64,000 nucleotides of DNA from Candidatus Helarchaeota archaeon (GTDB lineage: Archaea; Asgardarchaeota; Lokiarchaeia; Helarchaeales; RDOG01): NCBI GenBank assembly GCA_019058315.1, contig JAHPZH010000006.1, positions 192,001 through 256,000 on the forward strand. Direction: 5' to 3'. Below the pieces are notes generated by a model. That model did no database searches. It was given only the letters and a program-made list of their open reading frames with translations, and was not told the origin of the DNA. A program made the translations under genes and the position numbers. Numbering within the stretch: position 1 is the first letter of the stretch; each line of letters starts with the position of its first letter. Shown here piece after piece: positions 40,462 through 50,932 of the stretch.

Positions 40462-41748
40462 TTGAGTACGATTGCTGAAAAAATATTAGCATCACATTGT
40501 GACAAAGATATTGTTAAGTCAGGAGAATTTATCACCGCAAAAATTGATTTGATAATGTCTCATATTGGTACTGCGAAGGTAGTTATAGATTTTGGCAAGA
40601 TTAGACCTTCAAAAGTAAGGAGAGTATTCGATCCTGAAAAGATTGTTATATTATTCGATCATTATGTTCCTGCGCCGAACGAGAGGTGGGCTATGGCCCA
40701 TGGTCTCATCCGAAATTTTGTTAAAAAGCAAAAAATAAAGCATTTCTATGATATAAAGGCTGGAATTTGTCATCAAGTTCTTCCTGAAAAAGGTCATGTA
40801 AGACCTGGTATGTTGATCGTGGGCGGCGACAAATCATAATTTATATGATTTCGCTAGAGCCATACGACAACTTACGGAGCACTCAATGCTGCAAGTTGTG
40901 GATTAGGAAACACTGACCTCTTTTATGCTTATGTTAAAGGAGAATTATGGTTTAGAGTTCCAAGCTCTATCAAATTTAATATTAATGGCAAATTACCACA
41001 TCATGTAATGAGTAAGGATATCATATTAAAAATAGCAGGCGACTATACGGCAGAAGTAGCTACATATAAATCAATTGAATTTACTGGAAAGACTATGGAA
41101 GATTTATCGATAGCATCTAGGATAACAATGTCCAATTTTTCTCTAGAACTTGGGGCAAAGTTTGCATTTGGTGTTCCTGATCAAAAGGTTGTTAATTGGG
41201 TTAAAGCCAGAACAAATAAACCATTTGAATTAGTAAAACCAGACGAAGATGCAGTTTATGAAAAAACTTATGAGATGGATGTTTCCAATTTGGAACCTCA
41301 AATTGCCTGTCCGCATACAGTGGATAATGTAAAACCTGTGACGGAAGTACAAGGTACTAAAGTCCATCAAGCATTTCTCGGCTCATGTACTAATGGAAGG
41401 TTTGAAGACATAGAAATTGCAGCAAAAATATTAGAAGGAAATAAAGTGCATGAAGATGTTCGATTGATTGTTACTCCAGCAAGCCAAGAAATATGGCTTA
41501 AAATAGCAAAGACTGGTATAGCTGAAACGTTGATAAATGCTGATGCAATTATTTGTAACCCTAATTGTGGTGCCTGCTTTGGAGCCCATCAAGGCATGTT
41601 AGCACCTGGTGAAAATTGCATTTCAAGTTCAAATAGAAATTTCAGAGGTAGAATGGGATCAGAGAACGCAGGAATTTATCTGGGTTCTCCAGCAACTGTG
41701 GCCGCATCAGCTATTAAAGGAGTAATCGCTGATCCTCGAGAATTTTAA
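40462..41748 (+). CDS. leuC: 3-isopropylmalate dehydratase/homoaconitase family large subunit, two exons (40462-40830, 40858-41748; 419 aa spliced)
   Basis: TIAEKIL, FDHYVP, GICHQVLPE, GGD|SHTTTYGA restored by removing 27 nt, GSCTNGR, CGACFG, SSNRNFRGRMG, SPATVAASA. Confidence 0.88.
40831..40857 (+). other. Candidate bulge-helix-bulge (BHB) mRNA intron, 27 nt
   Basis: AAATCATAATTTATATGATTTCGCTAG with in-frame TAA, TGA, TAG; 4-bp helix GGCG/CGCU flanked by 3-nt bulges AC|A and AG|A. Confidence 0.8.
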
Positions 41749-41765
41749 AATATGAGGTGATTTGT

Positions 41766-42305
41766 ATGATGGAATTAAAGAAAGGTGAATATAAAGAACA
41801 AATTATTGGAAAAGTATGGCTATTCCCGGATAATGTTGACACTGACGTAATTTCACCTGGAAAATATTTAGATGATGTTAAAGCAACTCTTGAACATACT
41901 TGTGATACTATTATTAAGGAATTTCCAAGTGAAGTAAAAGAAGGAGATGTAATCGTTGCTGGTCGTAATTTTGGCTGTGGTTCCAGTCGTGAAACCGCTC
42001 CAATTATCCTTCGGGAAAAAGGGATTAATGCAGTAGTTGCTGAATCGTTCGCACGCATTTTCTATAGATCCTCATTTGCAATAGGTCTACCATTATTTGA
42101 ATTAGACGGGATATCAAAGGAATTTAAAACAGGGGATGAGATAGAAATCAATGTTTCTACAGCTGAAATTAAAAACAAGACAACAGGAAAAGCCTTTAAA
42201 ACAAGTCCTATTCCAGAACTCCTCATGGATATATTAAAAGGGGGAGGTTTGGAAAAAAAGTTATTACAAGAGCTCAAAGAAAAAGGCAAAGAAATGAAAA
42301 AATAA
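41766..42305 (+). CDS. leuD: 3-isopropylmalate dehydratase/homoaconitase family small subunit
   Basis: DNVDTDVI, AGRNFGCGSSRE, AESFARIFYR; ATG 41766 after GAGGTGA. Confidence 0.9.
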   Translation: MMELKKGEYKEQIIGKVWLFPDNVDTDVISPGKYLDDVKATLEHTCDTIIKEFPSEVKEGDVIVAGRNFGCGSSRETAPIILREKGINAVVAESFARIFYRSSFAIGLPLFELDGISKEFKTGDEIEINVSTAEIKNKTTGKAFKTSPIPELLMDILKGGGLEKKLLQELKEKGKEMKK

Positions 42306-42469
42306 GCCCAATAACATGTAATCTATTTTTTTTTCTTTTTAGGCAATAAATAAAATTTTTGAAAAAATTATATTTTTATTTGAGTAAGAAATAAATTATC
42401 TCAAAAAAGATGGTATTTGATAAATTTTTAAAATTCTTTTTATTAATGTAATTGCTTGAGCTGAGATAA

Positions 42470-44128
42470 ATGGTAGATAAAGAAAATGAAGAAAAAATAA
42501 GTGAAGATTTAAAAAAATGGGAGGAGAGTATTAAAAAATTTGATTTAAAAGATGTTGAAAATACTTCACATTTGAAAATTAAACCCATATATACCCCATT
42601 AGATGTAAAAGAGACTACATATGATGATATCGGCTTCCCCGGAGAATTCCCCTATACTCGAGGACCATATTCAACAATGTATAGGGGTAGAACTTGGACT
42701 ATGCGTCAATATAGTGGTTATCAGAATGCAAAATTAACTAATCAACGTTATAAGTTTTTAATTGAACAAGGTCAAACTGGATTAAGTGTAGCATTTGATT
42801 TGCCCACTCAAATGGGATATGATGGAGATCATCCCCTCGCTCAAGGAGAAATAGGACGAACTGGTGTTCCAATTTACACCTTAAAAGATATGGAAGACCT
42901 TTTTGATGGTATTCCTTTAGATAAAGTTAGTACATCTATGACAATTAACTCTCCTACTGCTATTATATTGGCTATGTATATTGCATTAGCTGAAAAGCAA
43001 GGAGTTACCCCAGATAAATTACGTGGGACTGTACAAAACGATATATTAAAAGAATATCTTGCCAGAAATACATATATTTTCCCTCCAGCACCTTCAATGA
43101 GGCTAGTTTCTGATGTGATTGAATATTGTTCAACAAATCTTCCTCGATTTAATACTATATCAATCTCAGGTTATCATATCCGAGAAGCAGGAGCTACTGC
43201 TGTCCAAGAAATCGCCTTTACCTTAGCAAATGCAATTGCATATGTCGAGGATGTTTTAAAACGAGGACTAGATATAGACCAATTTGCAAGCCGTTTATCC
43301 TTCTTCTTCTGTACTCATAATGATTTCTTTGAAGAAGTAGCTAAGTTCAGATCTGCTAGAAGGATGTGGGCAAAAATCATTAAAGATCGATTTAAAGCCA
43401 AAAATCCTAAATCAATGATGTTACGATTTCATACTCAAACTATTGGCTCCACATTAACAGCACAACAACCAGATGTTAATTTAATAAGAGTGGCAATTCA
43501 AACCCTAGCGGCTGTAATGGGTGGTGCACAATCACTCCACTCAAGTAGTCGTGATGAGGCTCTAAGTCTTCCAAGTGAAGAAAGTGTCCGGTTATCATTA
43601 AGAACCCAGCAAGTTATTGCTTATGAAAGTGGTGCAGTAAATGCTATTGATCCTCTAGGTGGTTCGTATTATTTGGAAAATCTAACAAACAAGATGGAAG
43701 AAGAAGCATTTAAAATAATTAAAGACATTAAGGCAAGAGGTGGGGCAATTAAAGCTATAGAATCGGGATATATTCAAAAACAAATACAAGATAATGCATA
43801 TAAAATACAGAAAGATATTGAAGATGGGAAACAAATTGTTATTGGTGTCAATAAATTTCAAATCAAGGATGAAGATCTTAAATTAGAAATTTTAAAAGCA
43901 GATCCTGAGATCCAAAAACAGCAAATTGAAAAATTGGAAAAAATTAAGGAATCTAGGGATAATAACCTAGTAAAAGAAAAACTAGAAAAAATTAAAGAAG
44001 TAGCAAAGACTAATGAGAATCTAATGCCCTATTTAATTGAAGCAGTAAAAGCTTATGCTACTAATGGGGAAATTTGCGATGTATTAAGGGAGATTTTTGG
44101 AACTTATAAATTAACAACTATTATTTAA
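42470..44128 (+). CDS. Methylmalonyl-CoA mutase, substrate-binding (large) subunit
   Basis: [54 protein letters not shown]; no B12 domain. Confidence 0.93.
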   Translation: MVDKENEEKISEDLKKWEESIKKFDLKDVENTSHLKIKPIYTPLDVKETTYDDIGFPGEFPYTRGPYSTMYRGRTWTMRQYSGYQNAKLTNQRYKFLIEQGQTGLSVAFDLPTQMGYDGDHPLAQGEIGRTGVPIYTLKDMEDLFDGIPLDKVSTSMTINSPTAIILAMYIALAEKQGVTPDKLRGTVQNDILKEYLARNTYIFPPAPSMRLVSDVIEYCSTNLPRFNTISISGYHIREAGATAVQEIAFTLANAIAYVEDVLKRGLDIDQFASRLSFFFCTHNDFFEEVAKFRSARRMWAKIIKDRFKAKNPKSMMLRFHTQTIGSTLTAQQPDVNLIRVAIQTLAAVMGGAQSLHSSSRDEALSLPSEESVRLSLRTQQVIAYESGAVNAIDPLGGSYYLENLTNKMEEEAFKIIKDIKARGGAIKAIESGYIQKQIQDNAYKIQKDIEDGKQIVIGVNKFQIKDEDLKLEILKADPEIQKQQIEKLEKIKESRDNNLVKEKLEKIKEVAKTNENLMPYLIEAVKAYATNGEICDVLREIFGTYKLTTII

Positions 44129-44165
44129 TATTTTATTTTAAATGTGAATAGATAAAATTAGATTT

Positions 44166-45443
44166 TTATTCTCTTCTTCGTTTTATGACGGAATATAATA
44201 AAACTATAGAAATTGTAAAAACTATTAATAAAATTGAAAGCGACAGACTCCAGTGTAATTCAGGTTCTAATTGCCATGGGACTTGTGTGAAAAGTAATAA
44301 TATTGGCCATCCATATATTTCTAAAATTTCTAATGCGTTATAGGTTGATGAAACTGTAGAAACTGGTGATGCAGGAGAAGATCCGAATCCTCCATATAAA
44401 AGTCTTTGACTTGAAAATATCCAAATAATTAATTCAAAAGTTTTTATCTTACTGAGCCCACCTAATAAATTTAAAGCTTTAATTGCCGCACATGAGCTTG
44501 CCATGGTAGATCTAATATCATCTGGATTTCCAAATCCTCCATAATCTTTTAGATCACCTGTTTTTAAATTTAAATTTTGGCGAGCTGCAATCCAATTAAC
44601 AGCAGCAGTTTTATTTATACCAACAAGGGAGCCGTTCGCTGCAAGTAAAGCCGAAACTGCTTCGTAAGTTGAATAAATTGAGTAAACCGGGTCACTACTA
44701 TTACTAGAAAAAGCACCATAGTTTTCTGAACTAACTTCTAAATTTTGAGTCTGAATAATCCAATCTGAAGCATTATCGATTAAATCTAATCTCCCAAATT
44801 TCCTTAACAAACTAATTGCATACATAGTGGCTCGTAAAGATGAGGTTTGATTATAAGTATTGCCAAATCCCCCATCATCATTTTGTAAACTATCAACGAA
44901 ATTTACTAAACTAGAATCAGCACTTCGTCCTAGAAAATCAAGAGCTCTAACTGCGTAATAAGTACTATATAAATTCACATCGTATTTACTAGTTTCACCA
45001 TATGCTTTTAAGGTTATATTCCATTTTGAACCGATAAAACTAACGGTCTTTCCAAAATAAAATTCTATAGGGATATTACTGCCCGCAATTTGACCATATA
45101 TACTCTTAACATATGTAGAACCACCCAATAACCATATTACAAAAGGCATACTAATGCCTTTATATTGCCCATATAATGAAGTTACAGCGGAAATCCCCTC
45201 ATAGGTTGTTTTTAACTCTACATCACCGCCGATCCCGTTTGAAAATCCTTTCATACCAGCATCATAAAAATTGAGTGTTAAGAAATGAAGTATCAAATTT
45301 CTTCGTGTAATAATATTAGGGTCCTCTTCAAAATTAAATGTTTCTAGATTTAAAATAAATTGAGCATTTGAGTTATATATAAACGTAGAAAATGTTAAGA
45401 GTCCTATAAATAACCCTAATATAAAAATCGATTTGGATTTCAT
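44166..45443 (-). CDS. Secreted/membrane-anchored prenyltransferase/squalene-cyclase-repeat protein
   Basis: Signal peptide, LQNDDGGFG/YGGFG repeats with STYYAV, C-terminal TM + KRRRE. Confidence 0.75.
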   Translation of the reverse strand: MKSKSIFILGLFIGLLTFSTFIYNSNAQFILNLETFNFEEDPNIITRRNLILHFLTLNFYDAGMKGFSNGIGGDVELKTTYEGISAVTSLYGQYKGISMPFVIWLLGGSTYVKSIYGQIAGSNIPIEFYFGKTVSFIGSKWNITLKAYGETSKYDVNLYSTYYAVRALDFLGRSADSSLVNFVDSLQNDDGGFGNTYNQTSSLRATMYAISLLRKFGRLDLIDNASDWIIQTQNLEVSSENYGAFSSNSSDPVYSIYSTYEAVSALLAANGSLVGINKTAAVNWIAARQNLNLKTGDLKDYGGFGNPDDIRSTMASSCAAIKALNLLGGLSKIKTFELIIWIFSSQRLLYGGFGSSPASPVSTVSSTYNALEILEIYGWPILLLFTQVPWQLEPELHWSLSLSILLIVFTISIVLLYSVIKRRRE

Positions 45444-45551
45444 TATAACTCAAATATTTGTGATTAATTAATTTTTAACAAAATTACCTTTATTGAATTT
45501 TTGATATTTTTGATACATTTAATTAAAATAAATTGGATTTAAATCGTACTC

Positions 45552-46247
45552 TCAGTTATCGAAACTATCTAATTTTTTTTGTAATAATTCATTTTTGATA
45601 TTTTTTACAGTTTTCCAAGTTTTACGAACAAATGGTGGTAAATCATTATGCTTTTTTATCCATTTTTTTAAAAATTGTCTTGTTTTTTCATCAGCTGGAT
45701 AACCACTTCCTAAATCACCATATTCTTTTTTCAATTTTTGAATATCTGTATCTCTTTCAACTTTGGCAAGAATAGAAGCAGCAGATACAACTGGATATAG
45801 TTCATCTGCCTTAAATTCTGCAATTATTTGTGGTTTTACAGATTTTGAAAGAGTTGATATATAGTTTTTCAAGTATTTTGTGTATGCTTTTATATTATTA
45901 CTAGGGCAATCCAAATAGAGTTTATTGATTTTAACTCTTTCATTCAATGTGATAAGTAATTCGGCTGATTTTATGGCTTCTAGCCAATTTAAATTTAATT
46001 CACTTGATTTCAAAGCATTATCTATTTCTTTTGGTGAAATAGAAACAATTTCATAATCCACAGATTTTTTTAATTGAGAACTAATTTTTTTACGCTTTTT
46101 TGGAGTTAATTGTTTACTATCTTTTACTCCCAAATTTTCTAACAAAGCATATTCACTTTCTTTTATAGCAACTATCGCCATTACCATAGGACCAAAAAGA
46201 GGTCCTCTACCCGCCTCATCAATACCAGCAATGATTATTTCTTTCAA
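45552..46247 (-). CDS. rnhB: Ribonuclease HII
   Basis: GIDEAGRGP, DSKQL, KAD, VSAASILAKV, GSGYP; C-terminal PIP box QKKLDSF. Confidence 0.95.
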   Translation of the reverse strand: MKEIIIAGIDEAGRGPLFGPMVMAIVAIKESEYALLENLGVKDSKQLTPKKRKKISSQLKKSVDYEIVSISPKEIDNALKSSELNLNWLEAIKSAELLITLNERVKINKLYLDCPSNNIKAYTKYLKNYISTLSKSVKPQIIAEFKADELYPVVSAASILAKVERDTDIQKLKKEYGDLGSGYPADEKTRQFLKKWIKKHNDLPPFVRKTWKTVKNIKNELLQKKLDSFDN

Positions 46248-46253
46248 AGTTTA

Positions 46254-46757
46254 TTAACTCTTGTCATCTTTAGCTAATTTCGCAATTTTTTTTATGGTTC
46301 CTGACATAACTTGTTCGATCGACAAAAGTTCTAAGTCCTGCATTAATTTTGGTAAATTATTTTCGCCCCAATCCAAAAAATGATCAGTATTGACCAATGC
46401 ACCCTTTTTTATTTTTTCTAAAGTCTTTTTATTTTTTAAAACAAAGCTTTGTCTACAACGTTTTAAAAAATAATTACATTCACCAGGATCATCCCCCAAA
46501 TCGGTTAATATAACAATTCTTATGGAATATTTGGGACTATGAATTCCAATTAGTGAATATTTTTCCTCCATCTCAATTTTTTGTATTCCTTTTCCCCCCA
46601 TAGATTCTGCAAATTGTGAAATTGCGGATAATAATCCTGTGATTAAATCCGGGCTTTGTTGCTTATTATGTATTTCATCTATAAGAAATTGTCTGGTGAA
46701 CATCAATTGCCCGTTTTTGTGAAACACATAAAGAGATCGGATCAAATAAATTCCCAC
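46254..46757 (-). CDS. Longin-like domain protein
   Basis: SLYVFHKNGQLMFTRQF..DLITGLLSAISQF..IQKIEME pattern. Confidence 0.65.
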   Translation of the reverse strand: MGIYLIRSLYVFHKNGQLMFTRQFLIDEIHNKQQSPDLITGLLSAISQFAESMGGKGIQKIEMEEKYSLIGIHSPKYSIRIVILTDLGDDPGECNYFLKRCRQSFVLKNKKTLEKIKKGALVNTDHFLDWGENNLPKLMQDLELLSIEQVMSGTIKKIAKLAKDDKS

Positions 46758-46937
46758 TATATTTTATCTATTTAAAAAAATAAAATTAATTCACATAAAT
46801 AAATTCTTTTTATCTCTTGATTATTTTTTTCCTATATTCTTTAGATTAAAAAAAATAAAAAATATTAAAATTTTATAGTAATTGAATTGTTTAAAAAAAG
46901 ATTAATTTTTCTTAATCGAAATATTGTGGTTTAAATT

Positions 46938-48686
46938 ATGTCAGATTCTGAAACACATATTTGGGCTGATAAATTAGCTAAAAAATTGATAGAAAGACAA
47001 AATTATAATTATATTGATAAGAAAATTCCCAAAACTTCTCATTCAATTAAGAGCAGCACCTCTATTTCAGGAGTTCCCCATATTGGGAATGCATGCGATG
47101 TCTTTAGAGCCGAGGCTGTTGTAAAAGCTCTAAAAGATAGGGGTGAAAAAAATATTAAATTCTTTTGGGTTGCAGAGGACTCGGATCCATTCCGTAAAGT
47201 TCCCGCAGGTATCCCGAAAGAATTTAAAGAACATTTAGGTAAACCTGTCAGTGATCTTCCTTGCCCAAAAGGGTGTTGTGACAATTATTCTGATCACTTT
47301 GTTAATTTATTCGTAGATAGCCTAATAGATAATTTTGGAGTAAAAATGGAGGTTTATTCTACTACAAAATATTATAGAGCTGGTAAATTTTATAATGAAA
47401 TTAAAATTGCTTTAGAAAAAGTGGATGAATTAAGAGGAATTATTAATAAATATCGAAATCCCGCCAATCCATTGCCCATTTCGTGGATCCCATGGCAGCC
47501 AATCTGTGATAATTGTGGTAAGATAATTACTACTCGTATGAAAGAGATTGATGGTGATAATGTTACTTATTCATGTGAAGATTATCAATTTAAACATGCA
47601 ACAGTAAAGGGCTGTGGTCATGAAGGGGTTAGTGATATTAAAAAAGGTTATGGAAAAATGGGATGGAAAACCGAATGGGCAGCTGAATGGCATGTTTGGA
47701 ATGTAACATTTGAACCTTATGGAAAGGAACATGGCGTAAATTGTCCACATGAAGGTTATGGTCCTGTAGGTGTGGGTTCCTTTTGGGTTGCGGGAACAAT
47801 ATCAGAATTGATTTATGATTGGCCTGAACCTTGTCCAACTAAAGCAACCAACGTTTTACAACCATATGAGTATATATTGATTGGAAAAGAAAAAATGAGT
47901 GCTTCTAAAGGAAATATTATCTCTACGTGGGATTGGCCCAGTTTAGCGCCACCAGAAACCTTAAAATTATTCTTTCTTCGCAAGCCAAATTCTCAAACTA
48001 ATATTATGTCCCTTAAGAAACTCAAAAATGCATATAAAATGATTGATGATCATAATGAAATTCCAAAATTAATTTTCGATTTTGAGAAACTTACAAAGAT
48101 TTACTATGGTTTTGAAGAAGATGAAAGAATAGAATATTCTAAAAGGCTTTATGAATTAATCCAAGTTAAAAAAATATCAGATAAAATACCTTATTTTCTA
48201 CCATTTAGATTTGCAATTGATATATCCCAGCTTGAAACTTTATTACCTCAAAAAGATATTTATGAAAAATCAAGAAATATGATATCCAGAACTTATAATA
48301 AGGTACTCGTTAACGGTGAAATTAAGAGAATAATTAAGGATACTTTAAGCAGAGCTAAATATTGGATAAATAATTTCGCCCCTGAAAAATTGAAGTTCGA
48401 TTTTTCGGAAGCTAAATTAACCGAACTTACAAAAAAATTTACAATTGACCAAAAATCTGTTTTGAAAGAAATTACGAAATTGCTACAACAAGATATTGAT
48501 TGGGATGAACAAGAGCTCCAAAATAAATTATTTACAATAGGAAAATCGCTCGGAAAGCCAAAAAAATTTTTTGAAACTGTTTATTTAGCTCTTATAGGAA
48601 GAAAATCTGGTCCAAGATTGGCACCTTTTCTATTATTACTTGATAAAAATTGGATAATAAAAAGATTTCAAAAAATAACTGATTAA
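46938..48686 (+). CDS. lysS: Lysyl-tRNA synthetase class I
   Basis: HIWAD, SGVPHIGN, DPFRKVP, EPYGKEH, KMSASKGN, GPRL. Confidence 0.95.
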   Translation: MSDSETHIWADKLAKKLIERQNYNYIDKKIPKTSHSIKSSTSISGVPHIGNACDVFRAEAVVKALKDRGEKNIKFFWVAEDSDPFRKVPAGIPKEFKEHLGKPVSDLPCPKGCCDNYSDHFVNLFVDSLIDNFGVKMEVYSTTKYYRAGKFYNEIKIALEKVDELRGIINKYRNPANPLPISWIPWQPICDNCGKIITTRMKEIDGDNVTYSCEDYQFKHATVKGCGHEGVSDIKKGYGKMGWKTEWAAEWHVWNVTFEPYGKEHGVNCPHEGYGPVGVGSFWVAGTISELIYDWPEPCPTKATNVLQPYEYILIGKEKMSASKGNIISTWDWPSLAPPETLKLFFLRKPNSQTNIMSLKKLKNAYKMIDDHNEIPKLIFDFEKLTKIYYGFEEDERIEYSKRLYELIQVKKISDKIPYFLPFRFAIDISQLETLLPQKDIYEKSRNMISRTYNKVLVNGEIKRIIKDTLSRAKYWINNFAPEKLKFDFSEAKLTELTKKFTIDQKSVLKEITKLLQQDIDWDEQELQNKLFTIGKSLGKPKKFFETVYLALIGRKSGPRLAPFLLLLDKNWIIKRFQKITD

Positions 48687-48811
48687 TTTATTTTTCTTTC
48701 TCCTTATATTTAAGAATAGAAGTTTTAAAGTATACTCATTTATTTTAAATCATTTCTGTTCAAAACATTTTTATAATTTTTCTGAAATTCTTATAAAAAT
48801 ACAATTTTTAT

Positions 48812-49543
48812 GTGAAAACTTTGGTAGGCACAAAAGCAAGACCTAAATTAAAAAAAATTTTAGAACCATTAGGAAGATTTGGAGACAGAGTTGGATTAAC
48901 TCCTAATAGAATTACTGTAATTGGATTTTCCATTTCCATTTTAACTGGTGTAATGATTTATTTATCACAAATTTTAACCCCTAAAATTGAATTTTTTGGT
49001 TTTACGTGTATTTTATCTGAAAATACTAGAATTCTATTTTTGGCTTTTGCACTTGTTTGTTTATTTTGGTCTGGGTTTTTTGATGTATTTGACGGTGCAG
49101 TGGCTAGATATCAAAATTCTATTACGGTTTTTGGAGGGTTTTTAGACTCAGTTTTAGATCGTTATTCTGATGCAATTTATTTATTCGCTATAATTTTTTC
49201 TGGATATTGTGAATTATATATCGGAGTATTTGCTCTAATTGGGTCCTTGCTTGTTTCTTATACTAGAGCCAGAGGGGAGGCAGGAGGTGTTGATGCCAAA
49301 CATATGGCCGTAGGAATTGCAGAACGCTCTGAGCGACTAATTATTATCTTTGGAGCTATCTTTTTTCATGGACTATTTTTATATTTAGATCCTAGTTCAA
49401 TTATAGATCAACGTTGGGGTGCTATTGGGTATGGTATTTTAATTATAGCTATTATAACTCAAATTACAGTCTTTCATCGAATTTTTGCCGCCTATAAGAA
49501 TTTTCCAAAAGAACCAATAGAAGACCAAAAATCAGAAAATTAA
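48812..49543 (+). CDS. CDP-alcohol phosphatidyltransferase (archaetidylinositol-phosphate synthase-like)
   Basis: TPNRIT, DVFDGAVAR..GGFLDSVLDRYSD, SYTRARGE, ERSER. Confidence 0.9.
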   Translation: MKTLVGTKARPKLKKILEPLGRFGDRVGLTPNRITVIGFSISILTGVMIYLSQILTPKIEFFGFTCILSENTRILFLAFALVCLFWSGFFDVFDGAVARYQNSITVFGGFLDSVLDRYSDAIYLFAIIFSGYCELYIGVFALIGSLLVSYTRARGEAGGVDAKHMAVGIAERSERLIIIFGAIFFHGLFLYLDPSSIIDQRWGAIGYGILIIAIITQITVFHRIFAAYKNFPKEPIEDQKSEN

Positions 49544-49601
49544 TTGAAATTCAAAGATTTTAAATGTAAAATAGGGTTTAAATATTAATTAAAAATGGAT
49601 A

Positions 49602-50045
49602 TTAGACTTTATCGAAGATCTCATTCATTAGAGCAGCTAAATATGATCTTGCAAGGTCCATAGTTTGTTTCCCTAACTCTGTAATATAATAATATTTTCT
49701 ATTTGGCTTACCTGAGTTTTGATTTTTTTCATCATTTTGTTCCCACTTAACGGTAACTAAATTATCTTTTTTCATTTTATACAAAATCACATATCCACTT
49801 ACAATAGCTGGTGAGAATCCAAATTTATCCTTGATCTTATTTTTAATTTCATAACCATAATGTGGTTTCTCTTGCAAAAGACGTAGTATATATAACCACA
49901 AATTAGCTTTGGTGATTTTTTCTACAAGACGATGTATTGCTTTAGGATATTGTCTATGTGCTTCCCCATCCCCAAAAATCTCATTTAATTCACGTAAATT
50001 TTTTTTTGTTGCACTTTCTATTGCATTTTTAGTATCTTCTGACAT
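49602..50045 (-). CDS. PadR family transcriptional regulator
   Basis: PHYGYEI, YVILYKM, RKYYYITELG. Confidence 0.85.
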   Translation of the reverse strand: MSEDTKNAIESATKKNLRELNEIFGDGEAHRQYPKAIHRLVEKITKANLWLYILRLLQEKPHYGYEIKNKIKDKFGFSPAIVSGYVILYKMKKDNLVTVKWEQNDEKNQNSGKPNRKYYYITELGKQTMDLARSYLAALMNEIFDKV

Positions 50046-50251
50046 ATTTCTTCATCTTATTTGCTTTTATCTCATATTTAATTTTAAAAACTTTTGTTTT
50101 TTTGTCTCTTTGTACTTCTTATTTTCCAATCTTTTTAATTTTATTTTATATGTGTAAAATAAATGAAAATTTATAAAAATAACTCAAAAAATTCTAATTA
50201 ATTTAAAAAAAGGTAATAATCGATTTGTTGAGTAAAAATTGATAAAATTTT

Positions 50252-50629
50252 CTAATATTCCTCCATAAGTTCAGACATAAAAAGACCCACTAAGGCAACA
50301 AAATGACTTTTATCTGAAATACTCTTTCCAACATATTCTATATTTCCTAAAATTTCGAGTGCTGTATATGAATCCCTTCCAGTTAAAAATTTTACAAGAT
50401 TTCCATCCAAGCCTTTAAATGTCATATCTGGATTATCACATTCACCTGTTAAAACGTCAATTACACCATCTTTGATTTTTAAACAACATTTCTTACCTGC
50501 ACTAACATCAAAAAAAATAGTTTTATCCCAATTTTTAAGCTCATTTTTTATTGCAGCACTTTTCAAAGCAACTTTTTGATATATTCGGCAAGTATCTAAT
50601 GTTGTATATACACTCAATTCAATCCCCAA
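50252..50629 (-). CDS. SCP2 sterol-carrier-like domain protein
   Basis: WDKTIFF, LKIKDG, PDMTF, FLTGR..LGNI pattern. Confidence 0.6.
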   Translation of the reverse strand: MGIELSVYTTLDTCRIYQKVALKSAAIKNELKNWDKTIFFDVSAGKKCCLKIKDGVIDVLTGECDNPDMTFKGLDGNLVKFLTGRDSYTALEILGNIEYVGKSISDKSHFVALVGLFMSELMEEY

Positions 50630-50657
50630 TGGAATTAACTAGGATAATTAAAATTCA

Positions 50658-50930
50658 TTAAGTTTTTCTTTCATCCTTACTCCTTATCTTAACTAATCTA
50701 TAATGAACTGCGCATTTCACACAATAATATTTTACTGTATGTCTTCTTGGAATAATTGCACCTTGTTGTTTTAACTCTTTATAAATTTTAGGGTCCACTA
50801 CAGATTTGGTTGCTGATCTTTTTTTTGCCTTATCTCTAGGAACTAGACGACCACACTTTGAGCATTGAACAGTAGGAGGTCTACCCTTTTTACCTTTAGA
50901 ACGACCACCGCTCTTACGTTTTTTAGGCAA
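50658..50930 (-). CDS. rps26e: 30S ribosomal protein S26e
   Basis: PKKRKSGGRSKG, CSKCGRLVPRDKA, YCVKCAVH. Confidence 0.96.
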   Translation of the reverse strand: MPKKRKSGGRSKGKKGRPPTVQCSKCGRLVPRDKAKKRSATKSVVDPKIYKELKQQGAIIPRRHTVKYYCVKCAVHYRLVKIRSKDERKT

Positions 50931-50932
50931 AT

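Noticed and set aside
40831-40857. Spliceosomal-type intron or Sec/Pyl read-through
   Set aside because: Ends in TAG but has no 5' GT; three different in-frame stops cannot all be recoded, and read-through would leave 9 residues in the active-site motif
40462-41748. leuC as two genes or a simple pseudogene
   Set aside because: Both parts are in one frame with no other lesion, and the insert ends match BHB cut sites; a pseudogene is disfavoured but not excluded without RNA data
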